Of a stretch of 64,000 bases of DNA, positions 1-12,743 are shown in pieces. The notes under the pieces are model-generated. The model was not told where the DNA came from, did no database searches, and saw only the letters and a program-made list of their open reading frames with translations. Position numbers and translations under genes: made by a program. The stretch covers positions 2,046,001 to 2,110,000 of the forward strand of contig CM039000.1 in the NCBI GenBank assembly GCA_017499595.2. The letters run 5' to 3'. This DNA is from Psilocybe cubensis. Its lineage: Eukaryota. Each line of letters begins with the position of its first letter. Position 1 is the stretch's first letter.

Positions 1-123
1 TACATGGGGACTTTGACCCTTGGCGGACTCGCGGAAGAAATCTGGCTGGGTCTTGGAGACTGCCTGTGCCCACTGGACGTTTGCATCGAGCAGACGTTCA
101 ATAGGGTTGAGGGGCTGGGGCAT
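1..123 (-). CDS. NCE103: Beta-class carbonic anhydrase, 5' end only (runs off the window)
   Basis: ATG at 123 reads MPQPLNPIERLLDANVQWAQAVSKTQPDFFRESAKGQSPH, the typical fungal beta-CA N-terminus (LL.AN..W....P.FF...AKGQSP) that precedes the CSDSR motif. Not in the ORF track. Confidence 0.75.
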   Translation of the reverse strand, partial: MPQPLNPIERLLDANVQWAQAVSKTQPDFFRESAKGQSPHV

Positions 124-431
124 ATCGAGATGGTGGAGAAGAGCAAAGGTGGCGGGCAAAAGAGAACCCGGTAAAGTCTGAATCTAAATACTCAAATACT
201 CCCGGTCCGCCTGTCCCACACAAATAGCCTCAAACGACGTTGCTCAGCTACCAGATTGTCGCCCATGCTCACTTTTCGTTCTGGTCACCATGGATGCTTT
301 AAATTTTTTTTGGGGAACCAGCAGACAAGCAAATATCAACGGGGTGGCATAGTTGCAAGTAATGGTAATATGTAGAAATGGCCGAGTGTCTACCCTCACG
401 CCCATCGCCTCGCAGCTCATCAAATTACAAC

Positions 432-1667
432 TTAGTTCATCTGTCTAATGAGCTTGTTGATGTTGCTCTCCCGGTCTCCAAAGTCACCACCCTGGACGTA
501 GTGTTTGAATTTCCTTGTCCTCCAGCCGCCAGTAGGGTTGGAGAGCTTGAAGGGCCAAAGGAAGTTGGACGCCTGGTAGAAAGCTCAATTAATTCGATGT
601 CACGCATTTTTACGACGTGTACGCACCTGCTTAAAGTTGGGGCCCGCAGTGATGATTTCGTGGACGAGATCCTCAACGCAAAGGATGTCGAATTTACCGA
701 GGGCGTTCTCAATGACGCTGTTGTTCGACAGAGGAATGCGCTGCTTGTCGACCTTTCCGTATCCGCGCTTGTAGATAAGCTCGCGAACAGTCTTCAAGTT
801 GGGTTCACTACACGCAGTACGACTATTAGAGACCAGAAGAATCAGCAGTAACTCAACATACCCATAGGTGATGTAAGGCTCGACCAATCGGAGCATCTGT
901 TGGGTGGCGCGAGTAGCCTTGACAAAGACACCGTTATTGATCTGGAGGAGGCGAAGAAGTTGCAAAATTTTTCGGGGTTTGGGGGCAATCTCATTGATAC
1001 TAATAGATATGTTAATGTTCTGAAGCGGAAGCACATAGAGACCACAGGCGTACCCTCGGATACGAACAACAAAGTAGACCTTGGGCTGGGCGGGAACATA
1101 GAAGTCACCCGCGGTGCGAGCAGCACGCTTCAAGCGAATTTCCTCCTTCTCCTTAGCAAGGTATTCCTTCACATAAGACTCCGCGCGCTTGAAGATAACC
1201 TTTCGCTTGGCCTTTGAAGCCTGAGGAATAGAAATATGTCAGAAAACAAATCTAAAATGATCAAACACGAAAATATAGTATCAGTCCCGAAAGATGGTTA
1301 ATTGAATGGCATCACTGCAAGTTGTACTCGCTAGCCTTCGAGTCGAAAGAATCGTATGCATCATGCTTATACAGATCGCTAAAAAGTATCTAAAATCAAA
1401 AAATTCGAAGATAATCTCACCTTGCGAGCGGCTGTGGCGGCAGCGACGCGTTCCTCCCGGGCCTTTTCATTTTGTTTTCTCTTCTTGAGGAGAGTCTCCG
1501 GGACTTCAATCGCCTAGCAGACAGTAACTCGAAGATCAGCGTATGTGTCCGACGACGTTTGGTTCAAACTGACCGAAGCACTCGGGACGCTGCACAGAGT
1601 CGACAAGTACCGTCAGAACTATTGAAAGGGTTGCAATGAGAGGGACGTACGTGGTAGAGGGGGCCAT
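432..1667 (-). CDS. RPL7: 60S ribosomal protein L7 (uL30), multi-exon
   Basis: Spliced translation [24 protein letters not shown]...[17 protein letters not shown]...[14 protein letters not shown]...[11 protein letters not shown]...[23 protein letters not shown] introns. Confidence 0.97.
1278..1368 (-). ncRNA. Intronic box C/D snoRNA, snR39B/SNORD2-like (predicted guide for the 25S rRNA Gm805-equivalent)
   Basis: Lies in the ~200-nt RPL7 intron (1221-1420). C-like ATGATGC at 1364-1358, C'-like GTGATGC at 1315-1309, D box CTGA at 1284-1281. The D box is preceded by ACCATCTTTCGGG, complementary to the conserved LSU rRNA segment CCCGAAAGATGGT. RNA ends are approximate. Confidence 0.85.
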
Positions 1668-2216
1668 GGCGGATCTTGAGGACGACGTTAATTTGGGGGG
1701 GCGCTAGCACGACCAACGATCAACAGCGGTGGCTGGAACTATACAGTCTGACTAATAAAATCCCACGATTAGAACTCTTACCTAATAAGGTTATTGTTCT
1801 AGCTTGCTTTAAACGCTCGCCATGATCGAGGCCGCCTGTGCGCTATTTGCTTTGTTCTGTTAATGAATGACTATATTGTTGTCCCCAAACGATTACAGAC
1901 TCTCTCGTCGCTGTTCATGGCCATTTCACCGACATTGACCAACTATCTGCGGTCGAACCACGCGTCCTCGGTCCTGTGAACTGATCAATCATTTTATTCA
2001 GGTCCATCAGCAACCAGTGTTACGGTGTGATTCTCACATGGCACCCCAGGCCCTCCAGGGCATTACAGTCTCCGTGAGACTGCGCGGTATTACTACCGCG
2101 CATAAGCATGTTCCTTGGTTCACAGATGCGTTCCTGTAACATACTCGGTCTCTATCTTGCTTACTCCTCTTTATTCACATTCGTTCGCATCGAGGCGGGC
2201 GTCCTCAACTTCGACT

Positions 2217-3819
2217 ATGGCCTCATGTCCAGCTAACTTTGATTGGGTTCGGGATAGCTAAATATTTGCACCTGACTGTAGCTAATTACACAATAATTTA
2301 TTTCAGGCCAGAAATGCTGAGGGCATGGATCCATGTGAAGTCGCCACACGTCTCAAAGCTGTCTGTCGACAAGGTGAACGAATCTGCATAGTATTGTTTC
2401 CGTCAACTGCCCTGCGCTTACTCGCATCCCTCAGACCCAGCATTAGCTCCTATCTCGCCGGGCCATTCTTATAGTCCTCCAACAGCCCAGGACCAAACGC
2501 CCTGCTCTTGTTCTTCTCCAGTCTACTACCTCACTTCTGCCTGTGCCGATTGCCAGGGTGGTTCGTTTGGCAGGTGAGTAAGACAAGCCATACGGGTTTT
2601 ATCATCCTCAACAGCGCATTATTTGTAGTTGGAGTAATTGGGCAACTCGATGCACAAATCCTTCCGTTAATTTGTATGTTTCGACTTCCCCGATGATGGA
2701 AACATTGGCTGATAACATTGATACAGTTTCCCCAGACCTGCACCAAGTTAGTAAAACTCGCCTTTATACTCCCGAAGCGATCAGCTTATCATTTGATAGA
2801 TGGTGTCACCATTCCCAACTGGGCGTATCTCGACGTTGGGGTAAAGTATATTGTAACTTATGTATTTACATGTTCTCATATAATGTTTTACAGACTAATC
2901 CTACTTTCAATCCTGCTTTTGCCAAGTCAATCTCCCCTTCTCCACCGCCTCTGCCAAACACACCGAGGCCTACGACTTCGAGTGCTCGCCCTCCTCAGAA
3001 TACCCCGAGGCCAGATCCTACTACGTCTTCGACACAAGCACCACCAGCATCTACACCGGATTCTAACCCAGATTCGCCCAGCAATATTGCCATCTCTTCT
3101 CCGACCAATTCTGGTTCAGACACCACGTCCAGCGACATTAGCACAAGCACCGATACGGAAACGAACACCAATACAAGCACTGGCAGTGCCAACCAATTAA
3201 ATATCCACTCAACGGCAAATCAAGCATTAAGTGGCACTTCTGGTCAAGCTACAGGCTTGGCCAGTGACAGAACCCTCGCCAACGCTGCCTATTCTACAGA
3301 TGCCCTGACTGGCTCTATATATACACAAATTGATCCCAGCAAACCTACTGATAGTTCTGGAAATCCTATCGATACCGTATCCGGTTCTTCGAAAAAGAGT
3401 AACGCAGGTGCCATTGCTGGAGGAATTATTGGTGGCTTGCTTTTCCTTGTTATTGTGTGTAGCCTTGTGTATTGGCTAATCATGCGTCGCCGCCGCCGGT
3501 CTCGTATAGCACCTTCGACAGCTTACTTGGCGACCTACGGTTCTAAACGGCCAGATTCTTCAATGAGCAGCCGACCGCTAGCAGATCACTCTACCTCAGT
3601 GTTGGATCTGGTTCAAGGACACGCAGAACGATATTCTCCCTATCGAGTGAGTTAACCGTTATGCAGTGTTCATGGAAATCAATTGTATTCACAATAATTA
3701 ACTTCAAGGACGACGACGAAATCCGCGATAGTTCAGCCGCAATCAATGGCACTACCTCACAGGTCCAATTTACACAAGCCAGGGCATCCAGTATCGATCA
3801 TTACCAGCGTCCAGATTGA
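2217..3819 (+). CDS. Single-pass cell-surface protein: Cys-rich ectodomain, Ser/Thr/Pro stalk, TM helix, basic stop-transfer (Mid2/Wsc-like architecture)
   Basis: Exons give CPANFDW|ARNAEGMDPCEVATRLKAVC...CSCSSPVYYLTSACADCQG...IPNWAYLDV, an S/T-rich region, then AGAIAGGIIGGLLFLVIVCSLVYWLIM-RRRRR. The true start is uncertain (see findings). Confidence 0.7.
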
Positions 3820-4150
3820 TTACTCCCGACCTTCATGCGTTCATTCCTTGATAGCATTCTTTACGACCGTAAGAGTGTACACATCGCATGTGTCGCTCGT
3901 TTCTGTCATTACCCTTGTTTTAATTATTACTTGTCGTAAAATATCATGAAGGATTTGAAACGCTGTTTATTAAATATCAGTAAAGCTCGTGTTTATTCAG
4001 TTCGATGATGCCTGAAGACTTGGCCTTCAATGACTTTTTAAACATGTACAAACATATATTCTTTCCAAAAATATATTCAAAACTTCGAGCGAACAATCAT
4101 CTTCAAGTTAACCTGATTTGCTTTTATTGATTTCGGCTGCTACTCATACC

Positions 4151-5175
4151 ATGGCATCCATACTATACCCATTGGCATCTCTATCTCAAATTGAAAAAAC
4201 ACCGTCAAGGGAGGACGGTATTCCTGAAGACTTGGAGGAAGATCTAAGAGCATATGGTTGCAAGTTGATACACCAAGCTGGGATCCTCTTGAAGCAGTGG
4301 GTGGCCCATTTGTTACTATGGCTGGGCTGAGAAGAACACGCAGTACTATGCCTTCAGGAAACAAGTAGCGGTTGCTGCTGCTCAAATACTTTTCCAGAGA
4401 TTTTGGTTTGTTAGTTCCATGAAACAATTTGGTGTTGGTGTAAGCTAATTGGCATACTTCATCGTGTTCGATACTGAAACTTCTCTCCTTTGCTTAAGGA
4501 TGTCGGTATGGGGGCCCTGTATCTGGCATCTAAACTGGAGGAATGTCCACTCAGAATGCGAGATCTGATTAACGTATACGACCTGCTCCTGCAACGTGCT
4601 TCGCACTCCCTTAGCTCCAAATCTGACCAAGACTTCCGTTATCACCCTATGTCATATTTTGGCTCGACGTTCTACGAACTCAAAGATGCACTTGTTCTTT
4701 CTGAAATGCAGATACTGAAGCGTTTGGGCTTCAATGTACACGTTGTACTACCTTATGGAACTTTGATCAGCTACCTGCGCATTTTGGGACTGGATAAAAA
4801 CACGGAGGCTTGCACGCGTGCATGGGGATACCTGAACGACGCGTATGTGTTTCTTGAGATTGCCCACAGAGGATCTAAATTTACATTCTCAATAGGCACC
4901 AAACGCCGGTGTACGCCCTTTACCAGATTCCTACCATCATCTGCGCGGCTATATACTTGACGGCAATGCACCTGCAGATACCCCTGCCAGCGAGTTCGCC
5001 CCTGTCGTGGTGGGAACTTTTCGATACGAATGAGGAAGACGTGTTGAGCGTCAGCGGACACATCATGCGCCTTTACCGAGAACGCACGGCAGAGGAGAGA
5101 CGACGAGTAGTGGGGCTGGTGACGAAAAAGGAAGTCCGAAGGTGGCTAGAAGAAAACATGACCGCCTCGAAGTAG
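4151..5175 (+). CDS. Cyclin L-type transcriptional cyclin
   Basis: TPSREDGIPEDLEEDLRAYGCKLIHQAGILLK, AAAQILFQRFW, ALYLASKLEECP, EMQILKRLGFNVHV, AWGYLND are cyclin L hallmarks; 3 introns. Confidence 0.9.
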
Positions 5176-5723
5176 ACCGGGCCACTACATATGGGCAACC
5201 TTGAACCCATTCGAGACGCTTCCATTTTGTATTGGCTCATGCGTCTACCGCTCTACACTCTCAGGAGGCCACAGGGCAATGGTGAACACGACTGCTTGAA
5301 TTGTGCGAGAGAATATTTATAGAAGCACCATGGCTTTTGTCAAATTGCCGATCACTGTGGGCGATTCGACGATGTCGTAACATGCTCGTTATTTACAATT
5401 GTCGAATGATTGTGCGGATACGAGGAATTACAGCCTGTGCGTCTAGAACAAGCATAACAGTGTTAGTATGCGCAAGAATAAGACTGATGGACATGAAGGA
5501 GCGAACAATGGAGTCTGGATGGATGGCAACGAGGTAGACAGGAGGGCGCCGTCTAATTTTAGCAGGACTATAAATATCGAGGTTTATAATGCGAAGAGAG
5601 ATTTCGCACAGGCTGCTCTCTTTCCTCCCCTTCGCCACTCCCCCTCCGTTCGGTTCTTATTTGTCGCTCTTTTGCCCTTTCCTCCCTGCTTTCTTTCGAC
5701 GGTGCATAGACACCAGTCCCGGA

Positions 5724-6765
5724 ATGCAGAGTATCAAGTGTACTCTCCTTGTCTCTTTGGCTCTCCTCGCCAATGTTGTAGACGCTTTCAGCATACACCA
5801 TAACCCCGCGTCACGGAGACACCACGTTGCTCGTGTCCCAGCGCCAGAACCCCCTGCTATCCAGCAAAATGTTACTTCCAGAAGTCTAGAGAAGCGTTTC
5901 GACGGCGCCAGGTTTACCTTTTACGATGCTGGACTCGGTGCATGTGGAAAGGTCAATTCTGGCGGTGACTTTGTAAGGCGTTTCTGCATGGAAAGTGATA
6001 GCATACACTAACTTGGCCCTGTTCATCCAGATTGTCGCTTTGAATTCTGCTGTCAGTCCCAGCTTCTTCTTCCCCTAACTTGTTCAAAACTCACTCAAAA
6101 TTCTAGCAATACGCAGGTGGTGCCCATTGTTTTGAGACCATAACAATCAGTGTCAATGGCAAATCTCATTCTGCGCAAATTGTCGACGAGGTTCGTGCCC
6201 CTTGTCGTCCTAACTGACTTGCAATTTCCGTGTTCTAATGTTCTTCATTTGTCAGTGCCCGGGTTGCCCATTTGCTGGCCTGGATTTCTCCCGCGGTCTC
6301 TTTGATTTCTTTGCACCAGAGTCTGAGGGTGTTTTGACCGGTTCGTGGAACTTTGGAGGATCAGCTGCCCCACCGCCTCCTCCACCTCCTCCGCCTCCTC
6401 CCCCACCACCACCGCCGCCGCCGCCGCCGCCCAAACATACCCCACCTCCGCCTCCGCCTCCTCCCCCTCCACCAAAGACAACCGAACATCACGATACCCC
6501 CAAGCCGACACCTACACCAACGCCTTCGAGCACACATTCTTCAACTCCTTCTTCATCTGCGACACCTTCATCGTCGGCGTCTGCTTCTGCTTCCAGTGAC
6601 GCTGCCCGATCAGCTTCCAAGTCTGCAAGCGCGTCGGCATCTGCCAGTGCCTCCAGTGTACCCGTTGCCCCTGATAGTGGCAATGTGCAGCAGATGTATC
6701 AAGTGTTTGTGCAGATGGGCTCTTTGGTCATGGCTGGTGGAGCCAATGGAGGAGGCTCGAGTTAA
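5724..6765 (+). CDS. Secreted expansin-like/RlpA DPBB protein 1 with poly-Pro and Ser-rich tail
   Basis: Signal peptide, KR site, RFTFYDAGLGACG...DF|IVALNSA|QY...CFETITI...AQIVDE|CPGCPFAGLDFSRGLFDFFA...GSWNF. Confidence 0.9.
6370..6474 (+). repeat. CCN-codon repeat encoding two poly-proline tracts
   Basis: Mixed CCA/CCG/CCT/CCC codons give about 22 Pro, KHT, then 11 Pro, in frame within DPBB gene 1. Confidence 0.9.
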
Positions 6766-7362
6766 TCAGTAAACTTGCCACTTGACAGGATTCAAGACTA
6801 GCCCCTCAGCGGGTGTGATTTATTGTGCACCATCTAGCGTGCTGCGTGGAACATAGAGGGCTCTTTTCCTAGGTTATCGGCGCAACAGTCGCCGCTATTA
6901 ATTGCAAGCAAGCTTTCGCCACTCTCGTTTACTTATTTTTTATCGGAAAGTTTGCGGTCGGATTGTCTATCTCTCGCCTATTATCACTTGCGTTGATTTT
7001 TTTATTCTATACATCACATACTCATTAGTGTTGATACCCGTTCAATGAAACAGATTTGTGCGTCATGTCTACCTTTGACGATGACATGGATACTAATTAC
7101 TTTGTGGTGGTGAGTGCGGCTGAGGGGTCATACGGCATTTGAAATACGAAAAGGCTTGGCTTGTATGGTAAAAGTAGGGTACATAGGTGTTGGCCGGCGA
7201 ATGGCCGATGTGCATCGTTTGTTTGGCTGTTGTCAAGCGAAAACAAGACTTGAGAATTGAGTGCGGCGAGTTTGAGGACGACTAACCTCCTTCTCTTCTC
7301 TTCTAAATCCCATCCTCCGCTCTTTCCTTAATTCACACTCTTTTCGCTTTTCAGCATTCATT

Positions 7363-8462
7363 ATGTTGTCCAATATCCTCAGTCTATCCCTCCTCTCTCT
7401 TCTTCTCCCAATTACCGCCTCCGCTGCCGCACACGGAAACCCCATCCTCAACCGCCACCACGACATTGCGAGGCGTGCAGACGGCCATATCGATGTCTTC
7501 AAACGCGCTGCGGGCGCTAAAATGTCATACTACAATGTCCAGACTGGCAATGCGTGAGTTCTTCTGTTCGCATCTGTTCTATTTCGGGCCCTGATCGATG
7601 GCGCGAACTATAGTGGGTCCTGTGGAAGATTTCACGTAAACAGCGACTTTGTAGGTCCTATGTCTGCGCCATCCTTGCGTGTCGAAATTTACTCACTATC
7701 AATCTTCCCTAGACGGTCGCTCTCAACGCAGCTGTATGTTTACTCCTGACTACGTATTGCACTATCTTACGGAATGTTTTTTGTATAGCAAATGAACAAA
7801 GGTCTATGCTTCAAGACCATCAGGATCTCATACGGTGGAAAGACTGCAACGGCAACCATTAGTGACACAGTCGGTTTACTTTTCATTTTTCGTTCATTAT
7901 ATACATACTCAAAACATTGCTATGACAGTGCCCCGGATGCCCATGGAACGGTCTAGATCTCACAGAGGGACTCTTTGCCTTCTTCGCACCTCATTCAGTT
8001 GGTATCATCCATGGAGACTGGGAGTTCACTGATGCAGCTCCTCCTTCTCCTGCGCCCCCAAAGACCACCTCGGTTTGGGTTCCCCCCACCACAACCAAGA
8101 AGTCCACTCCTGCTTGGACCCCACCTACCACTACTTGGTCTCCCAAGCCTACCCCAACTAGTACCTGGGTTCCTCCTCCTCCTACAACCACCAGGACTTC
8201 TACAACTCGTATTCACTCCTCTTCCTCTTCTTCCGTCTCATCCTCGTCCTCATCATCTCAGTCCCACGCCTCGTCGTCCGCCAGCTCTTCCTCATCCGGT
8301 TCCTCGTCTTCTCCCATCAACTACTCTACAGGAGCGGCGGCAGGTCTCGCTGTTCCCACTGGCACCGTCAACCGCACACCTGGCTCGGCTGAAAACTTGG
8401 CTGATCTCTACCAAGTATTCATTCAAGTTGGAGGAGTTGCCGCGGCTGCCAACAACCTATAA
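7363..8462 (+). CDS. Secreted expansin-like/RlpA DPBB protein 2
   Basis: Signal peptide, KMSYYNVQTGNA|GSCG...DF|TVALNAA|QMNKGLCFKTIRISYGGKTATATISDT|CPGCPWNGLDLTEGLFAFFA, then a P/T/S tail with W-containing repeats; stop TAA at 8460-8462. Confidence 0.88.
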
Positions 8463-8968
8463 TTACTGCCTTCTTTTGCGGGTTGGTTCGTTTCAATGAT
8501 TTATGGAGGCCTGGTCATCTTGAGTGTTATATTTTTTACTCCACTCAATGCCACAATTTACATATTTAACTGCTCGTTTTATTTTTCACTATCTACATTT
8601 GCCCATGCTTTTATTTTGAGCCGGTCGATCTTTTCGATCCCTTTTATATACCCCTCAAGCGCAACACGCTTACGCGCCCTAAAAATTTTTTCGTGCATAC
8701 CAGTGAGGAGTTTCTGTGGACGCGATCGGTGAGTCACCGTCATCGTCACGCGCAATTTTTTTGGCGCTCGGCCGCCCGAATCAGGGTACACCCATACGGT
8801 GGTGGCTCAGGTTTTTAGCGGCAGCGCAGTATATAACGCCTTGTTTTATGCCTGTTGAAATCTTCGTCCAACGTTCCTCTCACTGTGTGAAGGACCACGA
8901 TCTCGCTCGAACACACACTCAACTAACCACATTCTTTGGTTCCCGTCATTGCCTTCACATCTACCGAC

Positions 8969-10338
8969 ATGCTATTCTCAACTCTTTCTTTCCTTGCGTT
9001 TGTACTTTCTGTGGCTGGTTTCCACGACGGAGTCCACTCGCGTCCGAGAATGGTCCACCAAAATGTGGCCAGACGACCTCGAGGCAATGTTGACCTTCAT
9101 AAGCGATATAGCTCTACACGATGGTCGTTCTATGATGTCGGTTTGTAAGTTATCTTTGAAAGATCAGGTCTATGAAACTTTTGTTGAATCACTGTTTCTC
9201 TTCAGAGGTGCATGTGGCAAAACAAACGTTAATAGTGATTTCGTGCGTCCCATTCGATATATCATTCCTGCTATACATCTCTGAACATGGTTTCGGCATG
9301 TAGATCGTGGCTCTCAATTCTGAGGTATGCATATTAAGTCATTTTCGGTCCAAAGTCTGGAATTGAATATTCTCTAGCAATTCGGGTCGGGCTATCCTGG
9401 AACCCATTGCTTCAAGCCTATCACTTTGACGTACAAGGGGAAAACGGCGACGGCGACGATCATGGACTCTGTACGCTTCTTCGTTTATTCGAGCGCCTAC
9501 GATCATTGTCCCTGATTCTGTGGTGTATCTTTAGTGCCCCGGTTGTCCCTATGGAGGCCTTGACCTGTCCCGTGGACTCTTTAAATATTTTGCATCTGAG
9601 GATGAAGGTATTATCTATGGGGACTGGTCGTTCGCTGACAGTGCACAGGAGGCTATCACCACATCCAAGCATACAGTTGCGGCTGTGACTATCTCGGCTC
9701 CCAATGCAACCTTGCCGACCATTATCGCAGCGGCCGGTGCCACACCTTCCGCGAATACAACCAGCACTGGCAGTAAAAATGCACCCGGCACTTCAGCTAC
9801 GCCTGAGAATGTTTCCCCATCGGCTATAAAAGTTAGACCGTCTGCAAGCATCGTTCCACAGGCCTCTACTAACGCCTCTGCCTCTGCTAATGAGACTGCC
9901 AACGCCACTGCCGCCTCTTCTCCCCCATCCACCGCCTCTTCTCCTTCCACTACCTCTTCTCCCTCACTCACCACCTCTTCTCCATCCACCACCTCTGCTT
10001 CTTCCACCGCCTCTGCTTCTCCTTCCACCACTACTTCTCCTTTCACAACTTCTTCTTTTAATGTCAATCCGACCACCACCTCCTCCTCCGTCATCTCCTC
10101 CAGCACAGCAGCGAACTACACCTCCTCGATAGCTGCTGCCAAATCCAGTGTGGCTAACATCGCAAGCAGTCTCTCCTCTGTCGCACCATCTCCTACTGGC
10201 AGCGCTGGTGCCGCTCTCAACGCGACGAACGCCAATACTACTGCGCTCATCGAAGACCATCTTGAGGCTATCATCATTCTTCTCGCCGATCTGGAGAAGA
10301 TGATTGCGGCAGCTGGCCTTGGGCGCGACCAGGATTAG
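8969..10338 (+). CDS. Secreted expansin-like/RlpA DPBB protein 3 with Ser/Thr-rich tail
   Basis: Signal peptide, RWSFYDVGL|GACG...DF|IVALNSE|QFGSGYPGTHCFKPITLTYKGKTATATIMDS|CPGCPYGGLDLSRGLFKYFA, continuing in frame into ORF 9685-10338. Confidence 0.88.
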
Positions 10339-11209
10339 ATAACTTTTGCTGGACTGGTTCCAAATTTTGGGCGTGTATCTTAGGGTACATAGAATTATTG
10401 CTCATTTAGAATCAAATGAAATTGTATCATCATGGAACTACTATCATACTTAGGGAGATTCGGATACTTTTGTGAATTTGCGAATTGAAATTTAGTGACT
10501 CACTCCCGTGGCTTGAAATTTGACACATTAGCAAAGTATCTCCTTACTATGAATATTAAGTTAGATGCGAAGCGCAAAGTAGGGGAGTCGGAGCATTTCT
10601 GCGGCAGCAAGTACCCAAAATCATAGAGATTCAAATCTCGACACATACATGTTAATAACGATGGTCTAGGAAAAAAGTCATTTGATGCTTTGTTACCTTG
10701 TTAGGTCGCCAAAGATCATTAACTACAAACTAATTGATCCCCAGCAAACATTTACAACACATATAATATATGATGCGCAAAAATCTAATAGGAAAACGAT
10801 ACAAAAATATAGTCAATACACCAGAAACCGAGCAAAAATATGTGTAATACGGATGAAGGTTTATGGAACAAATACCAAAACATCAAGGTGCTAACAAGCA
10901 AGTAGAATACTAGAAGTACAGGTTGAATAACAATAGTAAAAAGAACGTGGAAAGAGCAAAATGGAGGGCAAGACGCAAGTGAAAGCGCTCGGAGTGCTTT
11001 GCAAGCACCCACAAAACATAGATATTTTACATGTCCAATTAATCTGCGAAACGTATTCCACCATTGGTGAGGGCTGTGTTCAATTAATTATTCCTTTGAT
11101 CAAAATGTAGCCTGCTTTGCGCAGTGCGGGTCGGAATTGACAGTAGGTGGGATCGCCCAACGTCAAGTCTCACGGCGTCGTACCGCGACCGGCGACAGAA
11201 ACCGATCAA

Positions 11210-12339
11210 TCAGTGTGTCCATCCAACGAGGAGAACTTGGAGACCATGTTGTTTGACCCATTTCAGTGATGCTGTTTTACGTGTTTTCTTGATATCCTTG
11301 ATTAGGGCGCTCTTGGTAGGATAAAGGACACGTTGTACAGCCTCCGGGCCTTGCTCACGAACGGCGATGTACTCCCGAATATTCAAGAATGCGCGTGACC
11401 TAAGAAAGGCCTTCGCGGCAGATAATGAATCTGGGAGAGATGGCGTCGCAAGACCCAATTCGATAATAAGGGATTGAAGGAGAGCAAGTTTGCAGACGTT
11501 ATCCTTCTTCGCGTCGGGGTTTGACAGAAATCTTGCAGAAGGTAATGACAGTAAGTATAAAAATATTGAAAGAAGACATGAATAGACACTCACGAGGAAA
11601 TGAATGTCGAGGCTTCCTCGTACAGTGTTGGTGACGGATCGGACTCGTCATAAGAAACCACAGACAGTCTATCTGAATAGTCATCGACGATTGAGCGTGC
11701 TCCGAGACCGGTAAGATTTGAAACTGCCATTTCTTCGAACCATTCTACATCTCCAATGCTGTGGGCAGGATGGACAGAGGTTTTGGAGTTATTCCCCTTG
11801 TGAGCTTGAGGTGATGATTGAGATAAGAGGCCTGCCTTGGGCTTTCCCTTTCGCCGTTTAGTCTTATTCGTTAGAGCCTGTGGAGTAGACTGGCCTGCTT
11901 CAGCTTTCTTCTTCTTCTTCGATTTCTTTTTGTGGGCAGATGACCTTGGATCCAGAGTCAGGTCATTCATCTGAATCTCCAAAACCACAGATGCAGCAGT
12001 ACTGTCTGAGGCGTAGGGACCCTGTTTCGTTCCCTCTGCGTTGGTCTGTTCGGAATCAGTTTGCTTGATGATAACATAGTCGGAGTCGTCAGAATCATTC
12101 CCCGAGGAATTGTTGAACAGGGAATCATCTGAGACACCCCAGACAATCTCGTCGTCGGAATCATCTTCGACAGGATTTAAGGGTAAGGTCATCTTAAATT
12201 GTGGTTTTGCCGAGGCCATAGTACAAGACAATGCAATAGTATGCGATAAAGTTGGTGAATCTGGCTGCTGTATATCAGTTGTTCGGGGTGCGTTGAGTGG
12301 ATCCGGAGGTATGTGTGAATAATGAGAAACGGAGATCAT
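11210..12339 (-). CDS. Hypothetical protein (acidic and basic low-complexity N-terminus, helical C-terminal domain)
   Basis: Two long ORFs joined by a GT-AG intron (~11534-11593): EEASTFIS|RFLSNPDAK...KLALLQSLIIELGL...FLNIREY. The start could be the downstream Met of MASAKP. Confidence 0.7.
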
Positions 12340-12743
12340 ATAGGCAAGGATGAGTAGTGGAGACGAGTGGTGGGAGATCAGGTAGAGAACATTGAGATAT
12401 TCTCAGGTCCGTCGTACAGGATAGACGAGACTGAATGATACGTACCGTCAAGTCAAAGATGGGACGAGGCCAGCCTAGTAACCATTAAGCACTTGTATAA
12501 AGATAGTGTATTGCTGACAATCCTGTGAGAGCCGCTGCTGTTCTTATAGACAAGCTTTCAGAGATGAATAGTCATGAACTAGCATTAACCACAGTAAGAG
12601 AAGCCAGGATAGTGAGTGGATAGTGATAAGTAGGAGAAAACCAGGAGGTAGATAGGAAATCACTAATTTGGGAACGGATACATTTCGCAAGCTTTGCTCC
12701 ACCTCATTTACCGCCAGCACCATGTACACAGTCAAGTTTACCG

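Noticed and set aside
378-1217. Plus-strand ORFs 378-851 and 900-1217
   Set aside because: Antisense shadows of the codon-biased RPL7 exons; no independent features.
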